Assembly: GCA_964639965.1 (NCBI GenBank)
Contig: CAZXGI010000006.1
Coordinates: 1,554 to 65,553 of the forward strand
Length of the DNA stretch: 64,000 nt
Source: an uncultured Rhodospirillaceae bacterium
Lineage (GTDB): Bacteria > Pseudomonadota > Alphaproteobacteria > Rhodospirillales > UBA2165
Direction: 5' to 3'
Part shown: piece by piece, positions 46,188 to 55,069 of the stretch
Position numbering within the stretch: the first letter of the stretch is position 1
Layout of the letters: every line of letters begins with the position of its first letter
The notes under the pieces: model-generated
Seen by the model: only the letters and a program-made list of their open reading frames with translations
Databases searched by the model: none
Told to the model about the DNA's origin: nothing
Made by a program: the position numbers and the translations under genes

Positions 46188-48019
46188 TCAAAATTTTCCT
46201 TTTTTTCACAGTAACCACGTGGAGTATATACGTGAGATTTATTATTTAGCGTCAGTAACCGCGTCTGAGAACTACCAATCAGCAAAACTGTAAGCATATC
46301 GACCTCTTTAGCTTTTAACTCACTTAATGTAATTACATCAATCTTTTCTTCTCCACGACCAAGGTTTTTTGCCACTACAACAGGGGTTTCTGGCGAACGA
46401 TAATTTAATAAAATCTTTCTGGCTAAACCTAGTTGTTCTTGTCGTTTCATTGAGACCGGATTAAATAAAGCGATGACAAAATCACCTTCAGCAGCAGCTC
46501 CTAGACGTTTTTCAATTACTTCCCAAGGGGTCAAAAGGTCTGAAAGTGAAATGGAGCAAAAATCGTGGCCTAGTGGGGCGCCTATCTTTGCTGCCGCTGC
46601 CTGCAAAGCCGATATACCAGGAACAACATGTACCTCAATTCGTTGCCACTCCGGTTTTATATTTCCTTTAATACCATACTCGATTGATTCAAAAACCAAA
46701 CTCGCCATCGCGTAAATTCCAGCATCGCCACTGGAAACTAGCGCAACTTCTTTACCCTCAGCCGCTAAATTAAGTGCTTTTTCAACTCTGGCACGCTCCT
46801 CACCTAGAGGATAATCATAACGATTTTTACCTTTGATTAAAGAACCCAATAAATCTAAATAAAGCTTATAACCAACAATCTCAGTTGCCCTAGAAATTTC
46901 GTTGGTTGCTTCTGGGGCCCGCCAATAATTTGAACCTGGACCAATCCCAATCACAACCAAACGTCCACAACCTCTTCCGACTTTTTCAGGGTTGATAATA
47001 CTTGGAGAAAGGGCAACCGCGCAGGTTATACCTCCGTGTTTTTGCTTAGTAACAATCAGCTCAGAATCGGAGCCTGCGGCAGCCAAAGCCGAAGCCTCAC
47101 TTATACTATGACTACCAACCACAGAAAAAACATAATCAGATGGATCCGACACTCGGGATGTTTCTTTTTCTAAAGTTTCTGCGTTAAACAAACGCAACGG
47201 CAACCCCCATAATTTTGCTACGTTACGGATAGCTTCTTCATCTTCCTTGATGTCAATGGTAGCAATACAGGCTATCGCAAATTCACTAAGATTATTTGTC
47301 TTCAAAACTAAAGACAGGAAGGTAGTAAGTTCTTTTGAATTGACACCCCTCTCACAGCCAATTCCCAGTGAAAGTACACCCGGTGCCAAGATTAAATCTT
47401 TGGTTTTTTCTGGAAAATCAGAATAGGTAACCCTAATTTTCTTAGCAGCACTCTCAGATACCGAGAAATTAAATGCTGAAAGCCAACTCACGTCAACGTT
47501 ATTCAGGTTTTCGAAATTAATAGATACAGATTCATTATTTAATAAAGCAGCCATGATCGATTTCGCAGCGCCTCGGTTAGCTACTCGCCATCCTATAGGC
47601 GGGTTGGCGAGTGCTATTCCATACCGTGTGTCCCCAGCAGTTGAAATCCCAGGCTTAACTTTTAAAACTTTAGAAAATATTTCAGCGAGTTCATTTGCTC
47701 CAAAATGTCCACCCAGCAATGGTATAATAGATTTACCGTCCTCAGATACAACCAAGACTGGTGGCTCATGAGTTTTATCGGCCACTAAAGGCCCCAGTGC
47801 TCGAATGACTATGCCTGCAGAAAAAAAAGCGATAATCGGCCGATCTTCTGAAAATAACATGCGCAGGTGGTCAATAGTTTTCTCAAATGGAAAATCAACT
47901 CCAGAAACTCTTGATTTCAACCCATGCACCTCAGCCGCGTGAACATGAGGAACCAATTTACGGGCCAATTTAATGCCAGTTTTATTTAAAACGACGAAAG
48001 CCGGGAACTTAACTTTCAT
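46184..48019 (-). CDS. cobJ: CbiG - precorrin-3B C17-methyltransferase (CobJ/CbiH) fusion protein
   Basis: 611 aa. Residues up to about 340 carry CbiG motifs (AGIVIRALGPLVADKTHEPPVLVVSEDGKSIIPLLGGHFGANELA, then LGIGCERG). The C-terminal 260 aa form a tetrapyrrole methylase (LVVIGIGPGS, SSGDAGIYAMAS). Confidence 0.8.
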   Translation of the reverse strand: MKVKFPAFVVLNKTGIKLARKLVPHVHAAEVHGLKSRVSGVDFPFEKTIDHLRMLFSEDRPIIAFFSAGIVIRALGPLVADKTHEPPVLVVSEDGKSIIPLLGGHFGANELAEIFSKVLKVKPGISTAGDTRYGIALANPPIGWRVANRGAAKSIMAALLNNESVSINFENLNNVDVSWLSAFNFSVSESAAKKIRVTYSDFPEKTKDLILAPGVLSLGIGCERGVNSKELTTFLSLVLKTNNLSEFAIACIATIDIKEDEEAIRNVAKLWGLPLRLFNAETLEKETSRVSDPSDYVFSVVGSHSISEASALAAAGSDSELIVTKQKHGGITCAVALSPSIINPEKVGRGCGRLVVIGIGPGSNYWRAPEATNEISRATEIVGYKLYLDLLGSLIKGKNRYDYPLGEERARVEKALNLAAEGKEVALVSSGDAGIYAMASLVFESIEYGIKGNIKPEWQRIEVHVVPGISALQAAAAKIGAPLGHDFCSISLSDLLTPWEVIEKRLGAAAEGDFVIALFNPVSMKRQEQLGLARKILLNYRSPETPVVVAKNLGRGEEKIDVITLSELKAKEVDMLTVLLIGSSQTRLLTLNNKSHVYTPRGYCEKKENFE

Positions 48020-48729
48020 AATTCTAATATTTCTCCACTCAACCGTACAATTATCATTGAAAAATAAGGGGCTGTATTTTCATCCATCTCACTCAACCGT
48101 CTAATACGCTGATTACCCATAGTCGCGCGTTCTATATAATGAGCATTATCAATGACACCAATTTTTCTTAAAATCTGTTTTATTTTTCCTAAGTGGCGAC
48201 CAACCTTGATGATGGCCGCAGTATTAGCTATCAGCAAACGCTCTTCAATAATCTTTTCATCCAAAGGACCCGGTATTACAGAAATTATGTCATTCCGAGC
48301 GGCCAGAGGCAAAGCTAATGCAGATGAACAGGCTGCCAATGATGTGACGCCTGGTACGACACTTACAAGATGTTTTTTCGAGAGCCGATTAAACAGATAC
48401 ATAAACGATCCATAAAAAAAAGGATCTCCTTCACATAATATAGCGACAGTCTTTCCAGCATTCACCGCTTCATCAATCTCTATAGTGGCGGAATCATACA
48501 CTTCTTGAGCCGGATATCGATCACTGAGCATTGGGATTGAAATTATGATTTCTTCTTGATTTGAAGTTAAGTGCGCCTGAGCAATCGACCGCACTAAACT
48601 CTCATCTCCATCCAGGGCTGGATAGGCAATGACATCCACATCTTGTAGGATTTTTAAAGCTTTGACAGTAATTAAATCAGGATCTCCAGGTCCTATGCCA
48701 AGCCCCCAAATTTTTGGATCATTATTCAT
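48016..48729 (-). CDS. cobI: Precorrin-2 C20-methyltransferase
   Basis: 237 aa. GLGIGPGDPDLITVKA and CEGDPFFYGS. Confidence 0.9.
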   Translation of the reverse strand: MNNDPKIWGLGIGPGDPDLITVKALKILQDVDVIAYPALDGDESLVRSIAQAHLTSNQEEIIISIPMLSDRYPAQEVYDSATIEIDEAVNAGKTVAILCEGDPFFYGSFMYLFNRLSKKHLVSVVPGVTSLAACSSALALPLAARNDIISVIPGPLDEKIIEERLLIANTAAIIKVGRHLGKIKQILRKIGVIDNAHYIERATMGNQRIRRLSEMDENTAPYFSMIIVRLSGEILEL

Positions 48730-49922
48730 ATTTTGGTTATTTTTAACTGTGTTACGGGTTTAAGTGCAGACCAACTAGTATAATTCCCCAAAGCTTGAGC
48801 TCGCGAGATTTCTATTTTATTTAAATCACCACCAAGTTTGGCTCGTGCAGCGACCAAACGGCTTTCGCCTTCAAACGTTGTTGCATTTGCAACCAAACGA
48901 CCGCCAGGTCGTAGATTTTGCCAGCAATATTCTAGCAATCCATTTGTGGTAAGGCCTCCACCTATAAAAACAGCATCTGGAGAAGGTAAGCCAATAATCT
49001 CTGTCAACGCTTCACCAAACACCACCTTTAATTCGGGTACCCCTAAAGCTAAGGCATTTCTGTTGATCATTCCAAGCCGGTCAATATTACGTTCAACTGC
49101 AATTACTCTTGAATTTTGTGTTCCACGCAACCATTCAATACCGATGGATCCACAACCTGCACCAATATCCCACAGCATCTGTCCCGGCATAGGAACCAAA
49201 GACGAAACCGTGATTGCTCTAACTTCACGCTTTGTTAATTGGCCATCATGCTCAAAAACATCATCGGGTAGGCCAGGGACGCGTGCTTTAGGTATTATTC
49301 CCTCATCGGCTAAACATTCAATTGCTATAGTATTAAAATCAGGTATCACCTCGTGATCCCAATCAGCCGCCGTACCTTCAAATCGCTGCTCATCACCTCC
49401 TCCCATTTGAGAAAAAACAGTGAGCGAACTTCCACCAAATCCTGTGTCTTTTAAGACCCCAGCAATCTGATCCGGCGTATTACCGTCGTTAGCCAAGACA
49501 ACAAGTTTATTTCCCGGCATCAAAAAAGCCTTCACTCGATCCAGATCCCGGCCATGTACGGTTAAACAATCAATTTCGTTTAATGGCCAAGCCAATCGAG
49601 CAGCAACAAGCGAAAAAGCCGAAGATGAAGGAATAATTTTTATGGCATCTGGCCCATAACGACGACCGAGAGCGGCGCCAATACCAAACCACATAGGGTC
49701 ACCCGTGGCAATTATAGTTACTTTTTTTTCTTTAAGCTGGTCAAGTTCTGCAAAACTATCCTCTAGCGGTGATTTCCATATCAACCCCTTTTTACCAACC
49801 AGTGCAAGATGACGCTCTCCGCCGAATAAAAACTCTGCATCATCAATAAATTCTCTTGCTAAAGTTCCAAGACCCGAAAGCCCGTCTTCACCAATACCAA
49901 TGATTGTAAGCCAAGCCGTCAT
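48726..49922 (-). CDS. cobL: Precorrin-6Y C5,15-methyltransferase (decarboxylating), CbiE+CbiT fusion
   Basis: 398 aa. N-terminal tetrapyrrole methylase (IIGIGEDG, ATGDPMWFG) plus a C-terminal SAM-MTase (DIGAGCGSIGIEW). Confidence 0.9.
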   Translation of the reverse strand: MTAWLTIIGIGEDGLSGLGTLAREFIDDAEFLFGGERHLALVGKKGLIWKSPLEDSFAELDQLKEKKVTIIATGDPMWFGIGAALGRRYGPDAIKIIPSSSAFSLVAARLAWPLNEIDCLTVHGRDLDRVKAFLMPGNKLVVLANDGNTPDQIAGVLKDTGFGGSSLTVFSQMGGGDEQRFEGTAADWDHEVIPDFNTIAIECLADEGIIPKARVPGLPDDVFEHDGQLTKREVRAITVSSLVPMPGQMLWDIGAGCGSIGIEWLRGTQNSRVIAVERNIDRLGMINRNALALGVPELKVVFGEALTEIIGLPSPDAVFIGGGLTTNGLLEYCWQNLRPGGRLVANATTFEGESRLVAARAKLGGDLNKIEISRAQALGNYTSWSALKPVTQLKITKI

Positions 49923-50548
49923 TCGTTAGCCCCAAGTAGAACCGCATTGATCGCTGCAGCAGCCAACGCTGAACCACCAAACCTACCGGTAAGTGTCATA
50001 TAGGGAATACCTAAATCTTTTTCAATCAAATAAGTTTTGGATTCAGCAGCCCCAACAAAACCAACAGGAAACCCAAATATTACCGCCGGTCTCGGGCAGC
50101 TAGAATCATCAAGCATGTCAACCAGATGAAACAAAGCTGTCGGCGCGTTGCCAATAGACACTACCGCATCACCAAGGTATGGCCGCCACAATTCAACAGC
50201 AGCGGCCGAGCGAGTGGTAGCCAGTGACTTTGCAAGTTTCGGTACGCTATCATCGTTAAGAAAACACTTGATTCGCGAACCTTCAGGAAGACGCTCTTTC
50301 ATGATACCTGAAACCACCATATTAGCGTCAACTATAATCGGTGCAGATTTTGCTATATTAGAACTTGCATTTCCAGCTACATCGCCATCCCATGCGATAT
50401 TTTCAATAATTTCAGGAGTTGCTGTCGCGTGAACGAGGCGAATAACAATTTGATGGAGGCTTTCGGGGAATCTAGATAAGTCGACTTCTTTCAAAATGGC
50501 TTCAAAAGAGGTTTGATAAATTTTTTTTGGATCACGCAAATATCTCAT
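49919..50548 (-). CDS. cobH: Precorrin-8X methylmutase
   Basis: 209 aa. The YLRDPKKIY start and IGNAPTALFHL motif match this family. Confidence 0.9.
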   Translation of the reverse strand: MRYLRDPKKIYQTSFEAILKEVDLSRFPESLHQIVIRLVHATATPEIIENIAWDGDVAGNASSNIAKSAPIIVDANMVVSGIMKERLPEGSRIKCFLNDDSVPKLAKSLATTRSAAAVELWRPYLGDAVVSIGNAPTALFHLVDMLDDSSCPRPAVIFGFPVGFVGAAESKTYLIEKDLGIPYMTLTGRFGGSALAAAAINAVLLGANE

Positions 50549-50645
50549 GCATAACCACCTAAATATTTAATAATTCTGTAGGGCTTTTGAAAATAAACCA
50601 ACTCAACACTAAAAGGCAATGATGAAAGCTCACGATTTGGGCTCA

Positions 50646-51752
50646 TCACTCAATTTTGTTGCGCTGAGTTACTAATTTTTTTCTATGCTCGCGCTCATCA
50701 TCTATAACCTCCTGGGGAAACTGGCTCATAAAACAACAACAAACACCTTGATCTATCATTGTTCTCGGCCCATTTGGATGCGAAATGTGTTTATATTTTG
50801 GATGCGAATGTCCGTGTGAATGCTCATGGGTATTTTCGTGGTCATGTATGTGACTATGTGCCACAGGAGACTCATCATCCTCCGGATCCATAATAGATTG
50901 ATATTCTGCGTGGTGATGATGAATTTCGACTTCGCCACGAGACAAACGAGCTTTAAATGAAGCCATTAAATCATGACGTTCATCAACAATCCCTTTTTTT
51001 GCCTCTTCAATCCGGCTTACAAATGTGTCTATCACATTTGTCTGATCAGAAAGATATTTCGCTTTAAAAAATTGAATATTTGGAGCACTCAACGCAACAC
51101 GGTCAACATAATTTTGTATTCTATCAATCAGGCGACCAGAAAAGAGGAAGTAAGGTGCCACGACTATTTTCTTATAATCTAATTTGATAGCCATTTTCAA
51201 TCCTCGGCCAACGGAAGGAAAAGTAACACCCGAATATACCGTCTCCGACCAACCAAACCCCATATTTTCCGCCACTATTCGCGTCAATCTAGCTGCTTCC
51301 GCGTTTGCATATGTATCCGAAGTACCTCTTCCGACAACAACCAACATAGTATCATATAAATCGCCATCATGGACGTGATCAATACCTAAACTCTCCATAA
51401 TCCGAGCTTCAAACGCGGTGATCATTTTAGGATCTAACGCCAATTCTCGACCATATTTAATTTCCACACTAGGGTATTTTTTTTGGTATGAAATCAAAAC
51501 GGATGGTATATCATTCTTTGCATGCGTGGCCGCAAATAGCATTCCAGGTACAGCTATAATTTGCTCAACACCGGCTTCCCTAAGGATATCTAACCCCATG
51601 TGAATATTGGGAGACGAATATTCTAAGAAACCATATTCCACCGGAATATTAGGAAAACGTTTTCTTACAGCTGTAGCCAAAGAGCCAAATTCCTGCTCTG
51701 CACTCTTTGAACGACTGCCATGCCCGCAAATAATAATTCCAAGTTTTGACAT
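50646..51752 (-). CDS. cbiX: Long-form CbiX-type sirohydrochlorin chelatase with a His-rich/Cys-containing C-terminal tail
   Basis: 368 aa. There are two CbiX half-domains (GIIICGHGSRS and LVVVGRGTSD). The tail reads HHHHAEY...HSHIHDHENTHEHSHGHSHPKYKHISH...GVCCCF. Confidence 0.8.
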   Translation of the reverse strand: MSKLGIIICGHGSRSKSAEQEFGSLATAVRKRFPNIPVEYGFLEYSSPNIHMGLDILREAGVEQIIAVPGMLFAATHAKNDIPSVLISYQKKYPSVEIKYGRELALDPKMITAFEARIMESLGIDHVHDGDLYDTMLVVVGRGTSDTYANAEAARLTRIVAENMGFGWSETVYSGVTFPSVGRGLKMAIKLDYKKIVVAPYFLFSGRLIDRIQNYVDRVALSAPNIQFFKAKYLSDQTNVIDTFVSRIEEAKKGIVDERHDLMASFKARLSRGEVEIHHHHAEYQSIMDPEDDESPVAHSHIHDHENTHEHSHGHSHPKYKHISHPNGPRTMIDQGVCCCFMSQFPQEVIDDEREHRKKLVTQRNKIE

Positions 51753-51974
51753 GTAAACCTATATTACATAAACCTTTTCACAACTTATCCAATTAAACCC
51801 AGCATAAATGGGTATTTTCACTCATCGCTATCCTGTATTATCAACTTAAGAAAGGCAATCAAGGTACACCATAATAAAGGATCAGTCACTGCAGCTAAAG
51901 ATATTTTCTCATATCCAAATCAGAAAAATAACTACCCAATTGACGGTATAAAGTGGCCCTGCTAGGAATAATCG

Positions 51975-52964
51975 ATGTTTGAATTAACAATACTCCCAAC
52001 CTTATTATTTGCATTCACAATTGACGCTATTATTGGCGATCCAAAGATTTTATACCAATTCTTTCCCCACCCCACCCAAATGATGGGCTGGGTGATTAAT
52101 CAACTAGACAACCGACTAAACGATGAATTTGACGAGGTTAGATCTCAGCGGATAAAAGGCATTTCCGCTGTAATTATAATTTTGCTATTAGCTTGTGGTA
52201 TTGGCCTGGGACTAGTGTTTCTATTATCATTCGTTCCTTATGGTTGGGTATTGGAAGCTCTTCTGCTTTCCACGATGATAGCTAGCAGAAGCCTATATCA
52301 ACATGTACTTGCGGTCGCCGATGCCTTAAAAAAAGAAGACATTGATACTGCCCGATCTGCCGCAGGAATGATTGTTAGCCGCAATACAATAAATCTTGAT
52401 CGCCATGGCACTGCTCGCGCGGCCATTGAATCATTGTCTGAGAACTTTTCCGATGGTGTCGTTGCACCTATATTTTGGGCCACCTTATTTGGACTACCGG
52501 GTGCGCTAGCATACAAGATGCTTAATACCGCCGACAGCATGATTGGATATAATAATGATCGTTATCTCCATTTTGGTTGGGCTACGGCTCGACTAGATGA
52601 CTTAGCAAATTTTATTCCCGCACGCCTTTCGGCACTTTTACTATGTATTGCAGCGTTCATGTGGGGCGGGAATGAGGTCAAGCGGTCATGGGCAACGATC
52701 AAACACGATTCTCGTAAACAACATTCAATCAATGCCGGTTACCCCGAAGCCGCTATGGCTGGGGCACTCAACTTAAGATTATCTGGCCCCAAAGAGTACA
52801 ACGATCAAGAAATTATTAGTGATTGGATTGGAATTAGTAATGATGGGAGCTCTCCTGACGCAACGGAAGACGACATTGGCAAAGGTCTATTGCTTTACGT
52901 CAATGCTTGCCTATTGTTAACCGCTATAATTGTTTTTCTAACCGTGCTGATTGCCCAGAGCTAA
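51975..52964 (+). CDS. cbiB: Adenosylcobinamide-phosphate synthase (CbiB, CobD of P. denitrificans naming)
   Basis: 329-aa membrane protein. GDPKILYQFFPHPTQMMG and DSMIGYNN motifs are typical of CbiB. Confidence 0.85.
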   Translation: MFELTILPTLLFAFTIDAIIGDPKILYQFFPHPTQMMGWVINQLDNRLNDEFDEVRSQRIKGISAVIIILLLACGIGLGLVFLLSFVPYGWVLEALLLSTMIASRSLYQHVLAVADALKKEDIDTARSAAGMIVSRNTINLDRHGTARAAIESLSENFSDGVVAPIFWATLFGLPGALAYKMLNTADSMIGYNNDRYLHFGWATARLDDLANFIPARLSALLLCIAAFMWGGNEVKRSWATIKHDSRKQHSINAGYPEAAMAGALNLRLSGPKEYNDQEIISDWIGISNDGSSPDATEDDIGKGLLLYVNACLLLTAIIVFLTVLIAQS

Positions 52965-52987
52965 ATCAATTACGAAATTATCCTACT

Positions 52988-54445
52988 CTAACGGGCAAAG
53001 GCCAATAATTTATCAATCTCTAATTTTTCCTCAAAAACTAGAGAAATCCTATCGAGAGCCTCTTCAACTTGCAGATCATGAGCAATGCCAGTTGCCTTCC
53101 TACTTTTGATACTTGAGAGCATTGAGTGACGGAATGCATCATTAGAAAATAGACCATGAACATAGCAGCCTACAACCTTACCATCAGGCGAAACAGCTCC
53201 AGCGTTTCTGTCACCCACCTTACCAAAAGGTCTTTCACAATCTGGGCCTACGGTATGACCTATATGCATCTCATAACCGTGGAACTCTCCAAAACCAAGA
53301 CATGAATCAACTGAAACTTCTTTTAACGTTTTGTCTCCTCCCATCTCTGTTTGAACATTCAAAAGTCCTAGGCCTTCAATTGAAGTAATATCACCTTCTA
53401 ATTTCCCCGGGTCATTTATCCGATTTCCCAGCATTTGATAGCCAGCACAAATACCGTAAATACTGCCACCTCTTCGAAGGTGGGATTTAATATCTATGTC
53501 CCAACCTTGATTTCTTAAATCCACTAAATCTGCAATCGAAGTTTTAGAACCAGGCAAAATGATCAAATCCGATTTTTCAGGGAAAACCTCTCCACGATTA
53601 ATAAATTGCAAATCAACATCAGGCTCGGCAATAAGTGGATCAAAATCATCATAGTTGGAAATATGAGCTAATTTTGGAACAATAATTCTTATCTGACCCT
53701 TGATTTCATCACGTACATTATTTTCCAAAGAATAGGCATCTTCCTGAGGTAACCTTCTAGCCTCATTCAAGAAAGGAATTACACCAAAACACGATAAACC
53801 AGTTTTTTTCCCGATTATCTCTATACCACTTTTAAATAAACTTACGTCACCTCGGAATTTATTTATTATATAACCAGTAATTAACCTACGTTCTTCTTTT
53901 GGCAGCAATTCCCACGTTCCAACAACACTTGCAATTACGCCACCTCTATCAATATCTGCCACCAGAACTACTGGCGTTTGAGTAGCTAGAGCAAAACCCA
54001 TATTAGCAATATCGTTATCTCGCAAATTAATTTCTGCAGCACTTCCTGCACCTTCAATCAAAAGAATATCGGATTCTTTGTTAAGACGGCTCGCAGCTTC
54101 CGTCACAACATCCAATAATTCAATTTTTTTTTGCTGAAATTCTTTCGCAGGATAATTTCCTTCAACTTTACCCATAACTACCAACTGCGCTCCAACATCT
54201 GATTGTGGTTTAAGCAGTATAGGGTTCATATCAATGTGAGGTAATACCTTACAGGCTTTTGCTTGCAAGGCCTGTGCCCGCCCAATCTCTCCTCCGCCTG
54301 GTACGACGGCTGCATTATTCGACATATTCTGAGGCTTGAATGGTTTCACAGTCAACCCACGGTTAACTAGGGCACGACACAAGCCTGCCACAACGACTGA
54401 TTTGCCCACATCGGATCCAGTACCTTGAAACATAAGGGAAGACAT
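52988..54445 (-). CDS. cobQ: Cobyric acid synthase
   Basis: 485 aa with an MFQGTGSDVGKSVVVAGLCRAL start and a C-terminal GATase (GICAGYQMLG). Confidence 0.9.
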   Translation of the reverse strand: MSSLMFQGTGSDVGKSVVVAGLCRALVNRGLTVKPFKPQNMSNNAAVVPGGGEIGRAQALQAKACKVLPHIDMNPILLKPQSDVGAQLVVMGKVEGNYPAKEFQQKKIELLDVVTEAASRLNKESDILLIEGAGSAAEINLRDNDIANMGFALATQTPVVLVADIDRGGVIASVVGTWELLPKEERRLITGYIINKFRGDVSLFKSGIEIIGKKTGLSCFGVIPFLNEARRLPQEDAYSLENNVRDEIKGQIRIIVPKLAHISNYDDFDPLIAEPDVDLQFINRGEVFPEKSDLIILPGSKTSIADLVDLRNQGWDIDIKSHLRRGGSIYGICAGYQMLGNRINDPGKLEGDITSIEGLGLLNVQTEMGGDKTLKEVSVDSCLGFGEFHGYEMHIGHTVGPDCERPFGKVGDRNAGAVSPDGKVVGCYVHGLFSNDAFRHSMLSSIKSRKATGIAHDLQVEEALDRISLVFEEKLEIDKLLAFAR

Positions 54446-54448
54446 AAA

Positions 54449-55069
54449 TTAAAACTCTATTCCAGCCTGCGCTTTATAACCATCACGAAAATGGTGTTTT
54501 ATTTCAGACATCTCAGTCACCAAGTCAGCGATTTCAATTAATTCCGACTTAGCATTGCGTCCAGTACAAATGATATGTTTCCCATTCGGCTTATTCCTCA
54601 AATATTTGATCACTTCTTCAATGTCGATATAATCGTTCCGCAATACAATGTTAATCTCATCCAGAAGCACCAAAAAAACTTCAGGGTCTTCAATCATTTG
54701 TTTTGCGCGAGCCCAGGCTGCAGTTGCTGCTTTAACGTCTCGAGACCGATCTTGTGTTTCCCAGGTAAAGCCTTCGCCCATTGCAGTAATATTTACGAGC
54801 TCAGGGAAAGCCTCTAGAACAACACGCTCTCCTGTTTCCCACTTGCCTTTAACAAACTGTACAATACCAACTTTTTTCCCATGGCCAATACAACGGATCA
54901 CAATTCCCATAGCGGCAGTCGTTTTGCCTTTACCTTTTCCTGTATGGACGACCAATAAACCACCTTCTTTAGTTTTAGTTGCCAACAATTTATCTTTTGC
55001 CAGTTTATGTTTACGGCGTTTTTCGTTAGCTCGTTTGTTTATTTCTTCTTCCGATAATTCAACTTTCAT
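54449..55069 (-). CDS. cobO: Cob(I)yrinic acid a,c-diamide adenosyltransferase
   Basis: 206 aa. GLLVVHTGKGKGKTTAAMG is the CobO/BtuR signature. Confidence 0.9.
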   Translation of the reverse strand: MKVELSEEEINKRANEKRRKHKLAKDKLLATKTKEGGLLVVHTGKGKGKTTAAMGIVIRCIGHGKKVGIVQFVKGKWETGERVVLEAFPELVNITAMGEGFTWETQDRSRDVKAATAAWARAKQMIEDPEVFLVLLDEINIVLRNDYIDIEEVIKYLRNKPNGKHIICTGRNAKSELIEIADLVTEMSEIKHHFRDGYKAQAGIEF

